DNA of 64,000 bases from an uncultured Clostridia bacterium (GCA_947167565.1 CAMVIN010000001.1:792-64791); one strand, 5' to 3'; shown: positions 1-12,067, numbered from the stretch's first letter. Numbers and translations are program-made. The notes: a model not told the origin generated them from the letters alone.

Positions 1-44
1 TGGGACCTGGTATTAAGGTAAATCCTCAGAAGGTAACAGAGTAA
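1..44 (+). CDS. rplA: 50S ribosomal protein L1, 3' end (partial)
   Basis: Frame 3 reads GPGIKVNPQKVTE then TAA at 42-44, a typical L1 C-terminus. It lies directly upstream of rplJ-rplL, as in the conserved rplKAJL cluster. Confidence 0.65.
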   Translation, partial: GPGIKVNPQKVTE

Positions 45-59
45 ATTTTCTGATTGACA

Positions 60-213
60 AGATGTGTAATTTGTGTTACACTGACAAAAGTTTATAACTG
101 CCGTAGACAGCAGGTGTCGGTTTGACGACGTAAGCATTGCGCCTGCCGAGGAAGATTGTGAAACATGATTTGATGATTCCCTGTCTGCGTGCGCGCAGGC
201 AGGTTTTTTATTT
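60..213 (+). promoter_or_regulatory. Ribosomal protein L10 leader-like attenuator upstream of rplJ
   Basis: There is a ~240 nt untranslated gap between rplA and rplJ. A 10-bp GC-rich hairpin CCTGTCTGCG/CGCAGGCAGG (180-203) is followed by T6 (204-209). An upstream GCCTGCC (141-147) could pair alternatively with GGCAGG. The position matches the L10(L12)4 autoregulatory leader known in Firmicutes. No covariance model was run. Confidence 0.5.
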
Positions 214-287
214 CAATCTCCTTTCGAGGCATGATTATGATTGTGCCCGGTATGTTATATAGAATTTTTTAAGGAGGTAAATATCTC

Positions 288-851
288 ATGGCTAAGGTCG
301 AATTGAAAGCACCGGTCATTGACGAGATCAAAGGCTATGCGTCAGATGCCAAATCAGCAGTTCTGGTTGATTACCGTGGACTTACGGTAGAGCAGGACAC
401 GAAACTTCGTAAAGAGTTGAGAGAGGCTGGCGTTGTATACAAAGTATACAAGAACACGATGATGCATCTCGCTTTTGAGGGTACGGACTATGCTCAGCTT
501 GACAAGCATTTGGAGGGACCAACAGCGATTGCGTTCGGTATTGAAGATGAGACTGCTCCGGCAAGAATCTTGAATGATTTTGCAAAGCAGGCAGATGCGC
601 TTCAGTTTAAAGCTGCTGTTGTGGATGGAACTTATTATGATGAGGCAGGAGTTAAAGTTCTTGCTACAATCCCATCAAAGGATGTTCTTATTTCCAAATT
701 GCTCGGAAGTTTGCAGTCACCGATTACCAATCTCGCTCGTGTGCTTAAGCAGATTGCCGAGAAAGATGGCGAGGCTGTAGAGGCTCCAGCAGAGGAAGCA
801 GCTGCTGAGACTCCGGCAGAAGAGGCAGCACCGGCAGAGGCAGCAGAGTAA
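288..851 (+). CDS. rplJ: 50S ribosomal protein L10
   Basis: The 187-aa ORF is preceded by AAGGAGG. The N-terminus is L10-like (KAPVIDEIKGY...VLVDYRGLTVEQDTKLRKELREAG) and an Ala/Glu/Pro-rich tail follows. It is syntenic with rplL. Confidence 0.95.
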   Translation: MAKVELKAPVIDEIKGYASDAKSAVLVDYRGLTVEQDTKLRKELREAGVVYKVYKNTMMHLAFEGTDYAQLDKHLEGPTAIAFGIEDETAPARILNDFAKQADALQFKAAVVDGTYYDEAGVKVLATIPSKDVLISKLLGSLQSPITNLARVLKQIAEKDGEAVEAPAEEAAAETPAEEAAPAEAAE

Positions 852-899
852 TTAGTTTTTTTGAAAAGTAAGATTTAAAATTAAATGGAGGAAATTAAA

Positions 900-1268
900 A
901 TGACGACACAGGAATTTATCGACGCTATCAAAGAGATGAGCGTAATGGAATTGAATGATTTAGTAAAAGCATGTGAAGAAGAGTTCGGCGTTTCTGCAGC
1001 AGCAGGTGTTGTAGTTGCAGCAGCAGGCGGTGACGGAGCAGGCGCAGCTGAGGAGAAAGACGAATTTGACGTAGAGTTGACCGAAGTTGGCAGCGCTAAA
1101 GTTAAGGTTATCAAGGTTGTCCGCGAAGTGACAGGTCTTGGCCTCAAGGAAGCTAAGGAAGTTGTTGACGGAGCTCCTAAAATTGTTAAAGAGGGTGCCA
1201 GCAAAGAAGAAGCTAACGAGATCAAAGAGAAACTCGAGGCTGAGGGTGCTAAGGTTACTCTTAAATAA
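900..1268 (+). CDS. rplL: 50S ribosomal protein L7/L12
   Basis: The sequence [31 protein letters not shown]...[26 protein letters not shown] is canonical L7/L12. The ATG at 900 sits 8 nt after GGAGG, so it is preferred over the ORF-track start at 885. Confidence 0.95.
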   Translation: MTTQEFIDAIKEMSVMELNDLVKACEEEFGVSAAAGVVVAAAGGDGAGAAEEKDEFDVELTEVGSAKVKVIKVVREVTGLGLKEAKEVVDGAPKIVKEGASKEEANEIKEKLEAEGAKVTLK

Positions 1269-1300
1269 TCATAGGCATTTTTTCTGTGAGCATGATAAAA

Positions 1301-1334
1301 GGGCATTTGCTGTGAAGGCAGGTGCTCTTTTTTT
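1301..1334 (+). terminator. Intrinsic terminator after rplL
   Basis: A 10-bp stem (GGGCATTTGC/GCAGGTGCTC, three G-U pairs) with a 7-nt loop is followed by T7 (1328-1334). Confidence 0.6.
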
Positions 1335-1440
1335 ATATTTGCAAAGGAATCTTAAGATTATTTTAAGGTTATCGTGATATACTCCGAATGTAGCGATGGC
1401 AAAAGGCTCTGTAGCTTTTTTTGAGAAGGAGGTATCTTAC

Positions 1441-4221
1441 ATGAAGTACAGAATCGTGGCGGCGGTGACAGCGACGGCACTGGCAGTAGGATTTACGCCG
1501 ATTGCAGGAAATGTCAATCAGGCAGAGGCAAAGACTGTCAGTAAGAAAGGCTATACGCTGTCAAAAAGCGCGGGAACATATTCCAAAACGATTAAAGTCA
1601 AACTAAAGGTGAAAAAAGGATATAAAGTATATTATTCGACAAATGGAAAATTCAAATTAAAAAAAGTGGTAAAGAGTAAAAAGAGCAAGATATTTACTAT
1701 TAAGAAGACGAAAACACTTTATGTTTATGTTGTTAAGAAGAATAAAAAAGTGACAGCAAAACTTTTAAAGAAAAGTGCAACAAAGAAAAAAGCGGCAAAG
1801 TATAAATACACAATAAAGCAGACAACATCGACGTCGGACAGCAGCTCTGCAACAACTGCGACGGCTACGCCGGCATCAACAGATGGGACTTCTGACGGTA
1901 ATTCCGCAAATAACAATTCTTCAAATCAGAGTACGACTAATGTGCAGATGAGCGAGTCGGCGAAAGAAGTTCAGAACTCGATTGATTCTATGACCGGCAG
2001 TGTAGAAAAAGTGACTGCTGCAGAGAAAGTCAATGCGGTTACGGCACAGGAGATTGAGGCGGCAGGTACAAATACTTTGGAATCCGGAACAACAGATGAA
2101 CCTACAGCGGTTGAGATTAAGAGTGCGGGAACTTATGTATATACCGGTGGAACAGAGAGTGAACCTCTTAAAAACGTGCAGTTTACTATTACCAAAAAGG
2201 CTGTTGGAGATGTGAATCTCGTTTTTGATAATCTCTATATTGATAACAGCGAACTCAACAATGATACTTCGGTTGTTACAGTAAAGAGTCATATGGATGA
2301 AGTCACAACAACAGGAAGTGATGGAGCAGAGCAGACGGAAGAAGTATATAATGCAGAAAAAGCAGCTAATGTTATTGTGACGATAAAGGGTAATTCTACT
2401 TTAGTGGGCAATGGCTCATTCACTAAGGCAAGTAAAGTTGCTGCTGTTGTCTCGGCAAAATCAGCAGTGAATCTTGCGTTTGTAGCATATGATAGCTCAT
2501 CCAGTCTGAATATAAAAGATGGAATGCTTGATAATTCCTCTCTCGATTTTGGAGATGAAGATCCGGCTGATGGAATTGCAGCAAAAGGAAGTGTGTCTTT
2601 CCAGAGTGGAACTTATACGATTCGTGCGAATGGTGATAGCATTAAGGGAACCGGCGAGTACACGTTGGATAGCGATGGCGATCGTGTTGCAGATAAAGAA
2701 GGCGGGGACGGCGTATTGATTAGTGGCGGAACGTTTGATCTGAATTCTGCAATGGCCTCAGCGTTGAAGTCTAAGAGTGGTAATGTTGCTATTTATGGCG
2801 GAACGGTTAAAATCAACGGGACAGGAGAAGACGGAATAAAATCCTCGAATTATGGTGTAAACATCGGCGGCGGAACAATTACGATTGACAAATGTTACGG
2901 GGATGGTATTCAGGGCGAGACAGTCTACATCTCGGAGGATATAGCAAAAACAAAGCTTTCAATCAAAACCTATTATGCAAATGCATCGGCTAAAAATCCG
3001 GCAGGAAAGAGTAAGACAGAGACACAGACCGGAAGTGTAACAACAGTAAAAAATGATACTGGTAGCCAGAAGGGCATTAAGGCAGGGACAAAAGCCTGCA
3101 CATATACTTATCAAACAGTTGAGGATGGTTCAGATAATGTGGCCAATCAGAAGTATTCACAGGAGGCGTCCGGTGGCCTTGTTATCACGGGTGGAACGAT
3201 TGATGTAGACACTACAAACACCGGAATTAAATATAACGGTGGCTCGAGTGGCGGAATGGGAGGAGGTTCCCAGACAGAATATGGTTCTCCGTCTGAGGCA
3301 ATTAAGAGTAATAACACGACATTGATCAGCGGCGGAACAATAACTATTAACTCATCTGGAAATGGTATTGAGAGTGCCAATGAGATTGCGATTATTGATA
3401 AGGCAGATATTTCAATCGAGCAGGCGTATGAGGGAATTGAGTCAGAGCTGATTGAGGTAGGAAAAACTTCCAATTCTACATCAGAACCAGTAATATATGC
3501 GTACACGAATGACGATGGGTTCAACGCTTCAGGGGGTACAGTTGATTATGTCTATACAGATGAGACGGAACTTGCTTATACGAAGACGAAGACATCGACG
3601 GCAAACAGCGCACTTTATGTGACGGCGGGGAAAGTAACTGTGGAAATTGCAGACGAAATTACACATACCTACAGTCTTGCAAATGTAAATTATAGTGCCG
3701 GCGGTGATGGCTTGGATAGCAATGGAAGTCTGTATCTTCTGGGAGGAACGATTGTGGTGATTGGACCTTCGAGCGGCGGTAACGGAGTGTTTGATAAAGG
3801 TGATGGAAATTATACCTTTGAGATAGGCGCTGGAGCAACAGTTTTAGGTTGTGGAACAAGTGATATGCCGGAAAATCCAACGATTCTGGGGCAGTCACTG
3901 GTAACTTATAGTGTCTCCAATCTTACAGCAGGTAACTCGTTTGCAATCAAGGATGGCAGCAGTGTTATGGCAGCGCTTCCGGCAACGAAAAAAATCAGTT
4001 ATATTTTGTATTCTTCGCCAAAACTGGTAAATGGAACCAGTTACAGTTTGTATACCGGCGGTTCGGTTAGCGGAACGGCAGTGAACAAATTGTACAGTGC
4101 TTACACCGGAGGAACATCAGCGATGACAGCAACTGCAAGTGCAACGGTGACGAATTCAGCACAGCAAGGGCCTGGCGGCCAGCAGGGACCCGGCGGTCAA
4201 GGTGGTTTTGGAGGCTTCTGA
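1441..4221 (+). CDS. Large secreted protein: signal peptide, Lys-rich Ig/Fn3-associated-like domain, Cthe_2159-type beta-helix-like repeats, Gly/Gln-rich tail
   Basis: The ATG at 1441 follows GGAGG. The N-terminus MKYRIVAAVTATALAVGFTPIAGNVNQAEA looks like a signal peptide. KGYKVYYSTNGK sits in a Lys-rich block. Repeated motifs GGT(I/F/V)xI...GDGI/DGIKS/NGIES/EGIES resemble the carbohydrate-binding Cthe_2159 family (recalled from memory, not searched). The protein ends QQGPGGQQGPGGQGGFGGF. Confidence 0.6.
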   Translation: MKYRIVAAVTATALAVGFTPIAGNVNQAEAKTVSKKGYTLSKSAGTYSKTIKVKLKVKKGYKVYYSTNGKFKLKKVVKSKKSKIFTIKKTKTLYVYVVKKNKKVTAKLLKKSATKKKAAKYKYTIKQTTSTSDSSSATTATATPASTDGTSDGNSANNNSSNQSTTNVQMSESAKEVQNSIDSMTGSVEKVTAAEKVNAVTAQEIEAAGTNTLESGTTDEPTAVEIKSAGTYVYTGGTESEPLKNVQFTITKKAVGDVNLVFDNLYIDNSELNNDTSVVTVKSHMDEVTTTGSDGAEQTEEVYNAEKAANVIVTIKGNSTLVGNGSFTKASKVAAVVSAKSAVNLAFVAYDSSSSLNIKDGMLDNSSLDFGDEDPADGIAAKGSVSFQSGTYTIRANGDSIKGTGEYTLDSDGDRVADKEGGDGVLISGGTFDLNSAMASALKSKSGNVAIYGGTVKINGTGEDGIKSSNYGVNIGGGTITIDKCYGDGIQGETVYISEDIAKTKLSIKTYYANASAKNPAGKSKTETQTGSVTTVKNDTGSQKGIKAGTKACTYTYQTVEDGSDNVANQKYSQEASGGLVITGGTIDVDTTNTGIKYNGGSSGGMGGGSQTEYGSPSEAIKSNNTTLISGGTITINSSGNGIESANEIAIIDKADISIEQAYEGIESELIEVGKTSNSTSEPVIYAYTNDDGFNASGGTVDYVYTDETELAYTKTKTSTANSALYVTAGKVTVEIADEITHTYSLANVNYSAGGDGLDSNGSLYLLGGTIVVIGPSSGGNGVFDKGDGNYTFEIGAGATVLGCGTSDMPENPTILGQSLVTYSVSNLTAGNSFAIKDGSSVMAALPATKKISYILYSSPKLVNGTSYSLYTGGSVSGTAVNKLYSAYTGGTSAMTATASATVTNSAQQGPGGQQGPGGQGGFGGF

Positions 4222-4287
4222 CAATTAATTATAGGCAAAACTTTATTTCATATATAACATTCCCCTAATAGATTTTATCTAGTAAAA

Positions 4288-4331
4288 AGACAGAACTACA
4301 ACGGATAGAAGTTGTGGTTCTGTCTTTTTTT
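4288..4331 (+). terminator. Intrinsic terminator after the secreted-protein gene
   Basis: A 15-bp stem AGACAGAACTACAAC/GTTGTGGTTCTGTCT with an 8-nt loop is followed by T6. Confidence 0.8.
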
Positions 4332-4408
4332 GCGATTGGGAGGCTTCGCAGATTGTTTATGGAACAAAAAGTAAAAAGAAAATTTTTCTAAAATAATAAA
4401 ATTTATTG

Positions 4409-4437
4409 TTGACATACCTTGAAAAATTTGGTAGACT
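4409..4437 (+). promoter_or_regulatory. Putative sigma-A promoter for rpoBC
   Basis: TTGACA (4409-4414), a 17-nt spacer, then TAGACT (4432-4437), about 95 nt upstream of the rpoB start. Confidence 0.45.
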
Positions 4438-4531
4438 GGAAAATGCACTATTGTGGTATGGTAGGCGCAGTGGCTCTACACCTATAAAGAATATCACAAT
4501 TTTGTAGAAAAGACAAGGAGTGAAATCATCA

Positions 4532-7500
4532 ATGGAGAAAAACAGAATACGTCCTGTCCGTGTCGGAAAAGGCGTCAGAATGAGTTACTCAAAACAGAGA
4601 GAAGTATTGGAGATGCCGAACCTGATTGAGGTTCAGACAGATTCATACAAATGGTTTCTCGAAGAGGGCTTGAATGAAGTTCTTCGCGATATTTCGCCTA
4701 TCGCGGATTATAATGGTAATTTAAGTCTGGAATTTGTCAGTTTTGAATTGTGCAAAGACGATGTGAAGTATTCCATCGAGGAGTGCAAGGAGAGAGACGC
4801 AACATATGCTGCTCCTCTCAAGGTAAAAGTAAGGCTCCACAACAACGAAACAGAAGAGATTAGTGAGCATGACATTTTTATGGGGGATTTACCGCTTATG
4901 ACAGCTACAGGTACCTTTGTCATCAATGGTGCTGAGCGAGTGATTGTCAGCCAGTTGGTGCGCTCTCCGGGTATTTACTATGGAATTGCTCACGATAAAA
5001 TAGGTAAAGAATTGTATTCTGCTACTGTCATACCTAACCGAGGTGCGTGGTTAGAGTATGAGACTGACTCCAATGATATTTTTTACGTTCGTGTAGATAG
5101 AAATAGAAAAGTTCCGATTACTGTGTTGATTCGTGCCCTGGGTGTGGGTACCAATCAGGAAATTTTGGACATGTTTGGTGAGGAACCGAAGATTTTGGCA
5201 AGTTTTGCAAAAGATCCTTCGGACAATTATCAGGATGGACTTTTGGAACTGTACAAGAAACTCCGTCCGGGCGAGCCTTTGGCTGTGGACAGTGCGGAGA
5301 ATTTGATTAACAGCATGTTCTTTGATGTGAGACGTTACGATTTGGCGAAGGTCGGACGTTACAAATTCAATAAAAAGCTTGCGTTCCGCAATCGTATTGC
5401 TGGGTTTACTCTGGCAGAGGATGTTATCAATACCGAGACAGGTGAGGTTGTCGCTGAGGCGGGAACCGTGTTGACAGAAGAGAAGGCAACAGAGATTCAG
5501 AATACGGCTGCTCCTTTTGTGTTACTGGAGACAGAAGAAGGTCGCGTAGAGAAAGTTCTTTCTAACCTGATGGTTGATTTGAATGCGTTTTTACCGAATG
5601 CGGATAAGAAAGAACTCGGAATTACCGAAGAAGTTTACTATCCTGTTTTGAAGCAGTTGATGGAAGAAAATGAAAATGAGGAGGAACTTTACGAAGCGAT
5701 TCGCCGAAATGTTGCCCTCTTAATTCCAAAGCACATTACGAAGGAAGATATTTTTGCTTCTATTAACTATAATATGCATTTAGAGTACGGTATCGGAAAT
5801 GATGACGACATTGATCATTTGGGTAACCGTCGTATTCGTGCTGTTGGAGAACTCCTCCAGAATCAGTATCGTATCGGTCTTTCGCGTATGGAACGTGTTG
5901 TTCGTGAGAGAATGACTACTCAGGATATTGAGGGGATTTCTGCACAGTCATTGATTAATATTAAGCCGGTGACGGCAGCAGTCAAGGAATTCTTTGGAAG
6001 TTCTCAGCTGTCGCAGTTTATGGATCAGAATAATCCGCTCAGTGAGTTGACGCATAAGAGACGTCTTTCCGCTCTTGGTCCGGGTGGTTTGTCTCGAGAT
6101 CGTGCAGGATTTGAGGTGCGAGACGTACACTATTCCCACTACGGAAGAATGTGTCCGATTGAAACCCCTGAGGGACCGAATATCGGTTTGATTAACTCGC
6201 TGGCTTCCTATGCTCGGATTAACGAATATGGATTTGTGGAGGCACCTTACCGAAAGGTGGATAAAACAGATCCGAAGAATCCGCGGGTTACGGATGAGGT
6301 TGTCTACATGACGGCAGATGAGGAAGACCGTTATCATGTGGCGCAGGCGAATGAGCAGTTGGATGAAAACGGCTACTTTGTGCGAAAAGTAATTTCCGGT
6401 CGTTTCCGCGAGGAGACCTCGGAATTTGAGAAAAATAAAATTGACTATATGGATGTGTCACCGAAGATGGTATTTTCTGTGGCAACAGCCATGATTCCTT
6501 TCCTTGAAAATGATGATGCGAACCGTGCTCTCATGGGCTCGAACATGCAGCGTCAGGCAGTGCCGCTCCTTATGACAGAAGCTCCGGTTGTGGGAACAGG
6601 TATCGAGATGAAAGCGGCTGTCGATTCCGGCAACTGTGTCGTTGCTAAGGAAGGAGGCGTTGTTGAGCGCACCGAATCCAATCGTGTGACGATTCGTAAA
6701 GACGATGGAAATCTTGATGAATATAAGCTTTTGAAATTTGTTCGAAGCAATCAGGGAACTTGTATGAACCAGAGACCTGTTGTGTCAAAGGGCGAAAGAG
6801 TTGAGGCCGGACAGGTGATTGCAGACGGACCTTCTACATCAGGTGGTGAGATTGCGCTCGGAAAGAACCCGTTGATAGGATTCATGACCTGGGAAGGTTA
6901 TAATTACGAGGATGCCGTTCTCCTGAGTGAGAGACTGGTACAGGAAGACGTGTATACATCTGTTCATATCAATGAATATGAGATTGATGCCCGCGATACC
7001 AAACTTGGACCGGAAGAGATTACAAGAGACGTCCCGGGTGTCGGTGATGATGCGCTTAAGGACTTGAATGAGCAAGGGGTTATCCGCATTGGTGCTGAGG
7101 TTCGTGCCGGTGATATTCTGGTCGGTAAAGTTACGCCAAAGGGTGAGACAGAGCTGACAGCAGAAGAGAGATTGCTTCGCGCGATTTTCGGCGAAAAGGC
7201 GAGAGAAGTTCGAGACACATCTCTCCGTGTTCCTCATGGTGAGTTTGGTATTGTAGTAGATGCTAAGGTATTTACCCGTGAAAATGGCGATGAATTGTCT
7301 CCGGGTGTCAATCAGACAGTGCGCATATATATTGCGCAGAAGAGAAAGATTCAGGTCGGTGATAAGATGGCCGGTCGTCATGGTAACAAGGGTGTCGTTT
7401 CCCGTGTGCTTCCGGTAGAGGATATGCCGTTCCTGCCGAATGGACGTCCGCTTGATATCGTGCTGAATCCGCTCGGTGTGCCGTCTCGTATGAATATCGG

Positions 7501-8329
7501 TCAGGTGTTGGAGATTCACCTCAGTCTGGCATCTAAGGTGCTCGGCTTCAATGTGGCGACACCTGTCTTTGATGGAGCCAATGAGATTGACATTATGGAC
7601 ACTCTGAAACTGGCAAATGATTATGTCAACACTCCACTTGAGGAGTTTGAAGAAAAATACAAAGATGTACTTGATCCGGAAGTGATGGAATATCTTCTGA
7701 CCAATCAGGAATACCGCAAAGAGTGGGCGGGAGTGCCGATTAAGGAAGACGGAAAAGTTCAGCTCCGTGACGGTCGTACCGGAGAATTCTTTGACGGAGA
7801 AGTTACAATCGGTTTCATGCATTATTTGAAACTCCACCACTTGGTAGATGATAAGATCCATGCGCGTTCTACCGGTCCTTACTCACTCGTTACTCAGCAG
7901 CCTCTCGGTGGTAAAGCACAGTTTGGTGGTCAGCGTTTTGGTGAGATGGAGGTTTGGGCACTGGAGGCTTATGGTGCTGCCTATACTCTGCAGGAGATTT
8001 TGACCGTGAAGTCGGATGATGTTGTCGGACGTGTTAAGACGTATGAGGCAATTATCAAAGGGGATAACATTTCAGAGCCGGGTATTCCGGAGTCGTTCCG
8101 CGTTATGCTGAAAGAACTTCAGGCATTGGCTCTGGACGTTACGGTTCTTGATGAGGACGGCGAAGAAGTTCCAATGAATGAGACAATGGATGAGGCACCT
8201 TCTGAAAATGTTGCTGAGCTGATTAATGACAAGAACTTTGAACTTCAGCAGGAATCATTTGAAGAGGCAGGATACCGCGAGACAACGGTAGAAGGCTTGG
8301 ATGATGACAGCAGCATTAGCGCAGATTGA
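4532..8329 (+). CDS. rpoB: DNA-directed RNA polymerase subunit beta
   Basis: A ~1265-aa ORF with canonical RpoB blocks ([49 protein letters not shown]). The ATG at 4532 lies 11 nt after AAGGAG. The ORF track starts at GTG 4520. Confidence 0.97.
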   Translation: MEKNRIRPVRVGKGVRMSYSKQREVLEMPNLIEVQTDSYKWFLEEGLNEVLRDISPIADYNGNLSLEFVSFELCKDDVKYSIEECKERDATYAAPLKVKVRLHNNETEEISEHDIFMGDLPLMTATGTFVINGAERVIVSQLVRSPGIYYGIAHDKIGKELYSATVIPNRGAWLEYETDSNDIFYVRVDRNRKVPITVLIRALGVGTNQEILDMFGEEPKILASFAKDPSDNYQDGLLELYKKLRPGEPLAVDSAENLINSMFFDVRRYDLAKVGRYKFNKKLAFRNRIAGFTLAEDVINTETGEVVAEAGTVLTEEKATEIQNTAAPFVLLETEEGRVEKVLSNLMVDLNAFLPNADKKELGITEEVYYPVLKQLMEENENEEELYEAIRRNVALLIPKHITKEDIFASINYNMHLEYGIGNDDDIDHLGNRRIRAVGELLQNQYRIGLSRMERVVRERMTTQDIEGISAQSLINIKPVTAAVKEFFGSSQLSQFMDQNNPLSELTHKRRLSALGPGGLSRDRAGFEVRDVHYSHYGRMCPIETPEGPNIGLINSLASYARINEYGFVEAPYRKVDKTDPKNPRVTDEVVYMTADEEDRYHVAQANEQLDENGYFVRKVISGRFREETSEFEKNKIDYMDVSPKMVFSVATAMIPFLENDDANRALMGSNMQRQAVPLLMTEAPVVGTGIEMKAAVDSGNCVVAKEGGVVERTESNRVTIRKDDGNLDEYKLLKFVRSNQGTCMNQRPVVSKGERVEAGQVIADGPSTSGGEIALGKNPLIGFMTWEGYNYEDAVLLSERLVQEDVYTSVHINEYEIDARDTKLGPEEITRDVPGVGDDALKDLNEQGVIRIGAEVRAGDILVGKVTPKGETELTAEERLLRAIFGEKAREVRDTSLRVPHGEFGIVVDAKVFTRENGDELSPGVNQTVRIYIAQKRKIQVGDKMAGRHGNKGVVSRVLPVEDMPFLPNGRPLDIVLNPLGVPSRMNIGQVLEIHLSLASKVLGFNVATPVFDGANEIDIMDTLKLANDYVNTPLEEFEEKYKDVLDPEVMEYLLTNQEYRKEWAGVPIKEDGKVQLRDGRTGEFFDGEVTIGFMHYLKLHHLVDDKIHARSTGPYSLVTQQPLGGKAQFGGQRFGEMEVWALEAYGAAYTLQEILTVKSDDVVGRVKTYEAIIKGDNISEPGIPESFRVMLKELQALALDVTVLDEDGEEVPMNETMDEAPSENVAELINDKNFELQQESFEEAGYRETTVEGLDDDSSISAD

Positions 8330-8350
8330 TAGAAAGGACGGTTACAATAT

Positions 8351-11300
8351 ATGCCACAGTTTGGTAATGATGTAGAAAAAGTATTCAACTATGATAAAAT
8401 TCAGATTCGTCTGGCATCACCGGAGCGCATTCGTGAGTGGTCTCGCGGTGAGGTAAAGAAGCCGGAGACGATTAATTACCGTACCTTGAAACCGGAGAAA
8501 GATGGTCTCTACTGCGAGCGCATTTTCGGACCGAGTAAGGACTGGGAATGTCACTGCGGTAAGTACAAAAAGGTGCGTTATAAAGGCGTTGTCTGTGATC
8601 GATGTGGAGTTGAGGTTACAAAGGCGAGCGTTCGTCGTGAGCGTATGGGCCATATTGAACTGGCTGCGCCGGTGTCACATATTTGGTACTTCAAGGGAAT
8701 TCCGAGCCGTATGGGATTGATTCTTGATATTTCGCCAAAAGTACTGGAAAAAGTACTGTATTTTGCTTCCTACATTGTTTTGGAATCTGACACACCGGAG
8801 ATTCAGGTAAAACAGGTTCTTACAGAGCAGGAGTATCAGAAAGCACGAGAGACATTCGGAGATAGTTTTCGTGTTGGAATGGGTGCGGAATCCATTCAGG
8901 AACTTTTGCAGCGCATTGATTTAGAAGAAGAGGCAAAGACTCTGAAAGTAGAATTGAAGGAGTCCAGTGGACAGAAGCGTGCGCGCATTATTAAGAGACT
9001 TGAGGTAGTAGAAGCATTCCGTGAGTCAGGTAATCATCCGGACTGGATGGTGTTAACTGTGATTCCGGTTATTCCACCGGATTTACGTCCGATGGTTCAG
9101 TTAGATGGTGGACGTTTTGCCACCTCCGACTTGAATGATTTATATCGTCGTATTATTAACCGTAACAACCGTTTGAAAAGACTGCTGGAACTCGGTGCGC
9201 CGGATATTATCGTGCGCAACGAGAAGCGTATGCTTCAAGAGGCAGTGGACGCTCTGATTGACAACGGCCGCCGTGGTCGTCCGGTAACAGGACCGGGTAA
9301 CCGTGCGCTGAAATCCCTCTCTGACTTGCTCAAAGGTAAGCAGGGACGTTTCCGTCAGAACCTTCTTGGTAAGCGTGTTGACTATTCCGGACGTTCGGTT
9401 ATTGTCGTTGGACCGGAACTCAAAATTTATCAGTGCGGTCTGCCGAAAGAAATGGCAATCGAGTTGTTTAAACCGTTTGTTATGAAGGAATTGGCGGCAA
9501 ATGGAACAGCTCACAATATAAAAAACGCGAAGAAAATGGTAGAGAGATTAGAGCCGGTTGTATGGGATATTCTCGAAGAAGTAATTCGTGAGCATCCGGT
9601 TATGCTGAACCGTGCCCCTACTCTTCACCGTCTCGGTATTCAGGCATTTGAACCGATTCTGGTAGAGGGTAAGGCAATTAAGCTCCATCCACTTGTATGT
9701 ACTGCGTTCAATGCCGATTTCGACGGTGACCAGATGGCGGTTCATCTTCCGCTTTCTGTGGAGGCACAGGCTGAGTGTCGTTTCCTGTTGCTCTCGCCGA
9801 ACAACCTTTTGAAACCTTCCGATGGTGGTGCTGTGGCAGTGCCTTCGCAGGATATGGTTCTCGGTATTTATTATCTCACACAGGAGAGACCGGGGGCAAA
9901 GGGTGAAGGAAAAGCATTTAAAGATATGAATGAGGCAATTACTGCCTATGAAAACCACGAGATTACTCTGCACGCCAAGGTGAAGATTCGCCGATATGGC
10001 GTGAATGATAAGGGTGAGACGGAATCTCGTGTGATAGAGTCTACTCTGGGACGTTTTATCTTTAATGAAATTATTGGTCAGGATCTCGGTTTCGTAGACC
10101 GCAGTAATCCGGATAATTTCCTTAAACTGGAAGTGGATTTCCATGTTGGAAAGAAGCAGCTCAAACAGATTTTGGAGAAATGTATCAATAACGAAGGAGC
10201 AATTAAGACGGCAGAGACATTAGATGCCATCAAGGCTCTCGGTTATAAATATTCGACGCGTGCAGCTATGACAGTTTCCATTTCTGATATGGTTGTACCG
10301 GAGACGAAGAAAACAATTATCAGCGATGCGGAGGACACCGTAGAGTTGATTGCGCAGAAATATCGCCGTGGTCTGTTGACGGAGGAAGAGCGTTATAAGT
10401 CTGTTGTTGAGACATGGTATGCGGCAGATAATAAATTGACTAATGCGTTGATGGATGGTCTTGACCGCTATAACAACATTTTCATGATGGCAGATTCCGG
10501 AGCCCGTGGTTCACAGGCACAGATTAAACAGCTTGCCGGTATGCGTGGTCTGATGGCAGATACATCGGGACGTACTATTGAATTGCCGATTAAGTCCAAT
10601 TTCCGAGAGGGTCTGGACGTATTGGAGTACTTCATTTCGGCTCACGGTGCACGTAAAGGTTTGTCAGATACGGCTCTTCGTACGGCCGATTCCGGATATT
10701 TGACCAGACGACTTGTTGATGTATCGCAGGATTTGGTTATCCGCGAGCGTGATTGTTGGGCAGACAATGCGAAAAAGGGTGACATTCCGGGCATGTATAT
10801 CTCAGCATTCATGGATGGGCGCGAGGTCATTGAAACATTAGAAGAGCGTATTACAGGACGATATTCCTGCGATACGATTTATGATGATGACGGTGAGATT
10901 ATTGTAAAGGCAAATCACATGATTACGCCGAAGCGTGCTGCCCGCATTGTAAATACAAAAGCAATTATAGATGCCGGTGATAAGGCACAGGTGAAGATTC
11001 GTACCATTTTGACTTGTCAGTCTCATATCGGTATCTGTGCAAAATGTTATGGCTCGAACATGGCTACCAAAGAGCCGGTACAGGTTGGTGAAGCAGTTGG
11101 TATTATTGCTGCTCAGTCCATCGGTGAGCCGGGTACACAGCTTACCATGCGTACATTCCATACTGGTGGTGTTGCCGGTGATGCTATTACGCAGGGTCTT
11201 CCTCGTGTCGAGGAGTTGTTCGAGGCGAGAAAGCCAAAAGGACTTGCAATCATTTCTGAGTTTGCAGGAAAAGTACAGCTGCGCAATACAAAGAAAAAAC

Positions 11301-12067
11301 GTGAAGTTGTAGTGACGGATAACGAGACAGGACAGAGCAAGGCATATCTGATTCCGTATGGCTCTCGTATTAAAGTGTTGGATGGACAGGAACTTGAGGC
11401 TGGCGATGAGCTGACCGAGGGTAGTGTTAATCCGCATGATATTTTGAAAATTAAAGGTGTTCGTGCCGTGCAGGATTATATGTTGCGTGAAGTACAGCGT
11501 GTATACCGCCTGCAGGGTGTAGAAATCAATGACAAGCATATTGAGGTTATTGTGCGCCAGATGTTGAAGAAGATTCGTATTGAATTTAATGGTGATTCGG
11601 ATTTCCTTCCGGGTGTTCTTGTGGATTCGCTGGAATATCAGGATGTTGTAGAACGGTTGACAGAAGAAGGAAAAGAGCCACCAGAAGGAAAGCAGATTAT
11701 CCTCGGTATTACCAAGGCTTCTCTTGCAACAAATTCGTTCCTGTCGGCTGCGTCCTTCCAGGAGACGACCAAAGTATTGACAGATGCTGCGATTAAAGGA
11801 AAAGTAGATCCGTTAGTTGGTTTGAAGGAAAATGTTATTATCGGTAAGCTTATTCCGGCAGGTACCGGTATGAAGCGTTACCGTAACATTGGAATTCACA
11901 GTGACTTAGTAGATAGCCTTGAACCACCGGTACCTGTAGTCGAGGAGGAAAAAACTGAGGATAATGAAGCAGAAGCAAGTGAAGATCAGGTAATAGATGA
12001 CATTGAAGAAGTAACAGAAATTGAAGAAGATGTAAGCGAGGAAGAACTTGTTTTTGAGGAAGAATAA
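8351..12067 (+). CDS. rpoC: DNA-directed RNA polymerase subunit beta'
   Basis: A 1238-aa ORF with the zinc-finger [23 protein letters not shown] and the catalytic NADFDGD motif. It follows rpoB immediately and has an acidic C-terminal tail. Confidence 0.97.
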   Translation: MPQFGNDVEKVFNYDKIQIRLASPERIREWSRGEVKKPETINYRTLKPEKDGLYCERIFGPSKDWECHCGKYKKVRYKGVVCDRCGVEVTKASVRRERMGHIELAAPVSHIWYFKGIPSRMGLILDISPKVLEKVLYFASYIVLESDTPEIQVKQVLTEQEYQKARETFGDSFRVGMGAESIQELLQRIDLEEEAKTLKVELKESSGQKRARIIKRLEVVEAFRESGNHPDWMVLTVIPVIPPDLRPMVQLDGGRFATSDLNDLYRRIINRNNRLKRLLELGAPDIIVRNEKRMLQEAVDALIDNGRRGRPVTGPGNRALKSLSDLLKGKQGRFRQNLLGKRVDYSGRSVIVVGPELKIYQCGLPKEMAIELFKPFVMKELAANGTAHNIKNAKKMVERLEPVVWDILEEVIREHPVMLNRAPTLHRLGIQAFEPILVEGKAIKLHPLVCTAFNADFDGDQMAVHLPLSVEAQAECRFLLLSPNNLLKPSDGGAVAVPSQDMVLGIYYLTQERPGAKGEGKAFKDMNEAITAYENHEITLHAKVKIRRYGVNDKGETESRVIESTLGRFIFNEIIGQDLGFVDRSNPDNFLKLEVDFHVGKKQLKQILEKCINNEGAIKTAETLDAIKALGYKYSTRAAMTVSISDMVVPETKKTIISDAEDTVELIAQKYRRGLLTEEERYKSVVETWYAADNKLTNALMDGLDRYNNIFMMADSGARGSQAQIKQLAGMRGLMADTSGRTIELPIKSNFREGLDVLEYFISAHGARKGLSDTALRTADSGYLTRRLVDVSQDLVIRERDCWADNAKKGDIPGMYISAFMDGREVIETLEERITGRYSCDTIYDDDGEIIVKANHMITPKRAARIVNTKAIIDAGDKAQVKIRTILTCQSHIGICAKCYGSNMATKEPVQVGEAVGIIAAQSIGEPGTQLTMRTFHTGGVAGDAITQGLPRVEELFEARKPKGLAIISEFAGKVQLRNTKKKREVVVTDNETGQSKAYLIPYGSRIKVLDGQELEAGDELTEGSVNPHDILKIKGVRAVQDYMLREVQRVYRLQGVEINDKHIEVIVRQMLKKIRIEFNGDSDFLPGVLVDSLEYQDVVERLTEEGKEPPEGKQIILGITKASLATNSFLSAASFQETTKVLTDAAIKGKVDPLVGLKENVIIGKLIPAGTGMKRYRNIGIHSDLVDSLEPPVPVVEEEKTEDNEAEASEDQVIDDIEEVTEIEEDVSEEELVFEEE

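Noticed and set aside
885-899. N-terminal extensions implied by the ORF-track maximal starts: rplL 885, secreted protein 1396, rpoB 4520, dnaJ 28287, mtnN 29419, iorA 31227, lipoprotein 39485, uppP 42718, rnhA 44951, ppk1 47693, ppx 49203, tyrA 49287, small membrane protein 52452, cdaR 54635, tagD 59445 and the FliK-like gene 19862.
   Set aside because: In each case an internal ATG or GTG sits 6-11 nt after a GGAGG-like Shine-Dalgarno sequence and yields the canonical family N-terminus or signal peptide. The extensions have no RBS or would overlap the upstream gene or its terminator.
881-1306. A 141-aa ORF antisense to rplL.
   Set aside because: It is a shadow ORF caused by the Ala/Gly/Glu-rich codons of L7/L12. 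It is low-complexity Ser/Ala/Thr/Pro sequence, and rplL is unambiguous on the plus strand.
6839-7861. A 340-aa ORF antisense to rpoB. The other long antisense ORFs are of the same kind: 9548-10144 and 10838-11539 in rpoC, 27402-28172 in dnaK, 28380-28937 in dnaJ, 37373-38065 in proS, 54542-55462 in cdaA/cdaR, 56851-57447 in the carboxyltransferase gene, and 22776-23471 in the TIR gene.
   Set aside because: Each is fully embedded opposite a confidently identified conserved gene. None has a recognisable motif or ribosome-binding site. Their compositions are Cys/His/Arg/Leu/Ile-skewed, as is typical of shadow ORFs.
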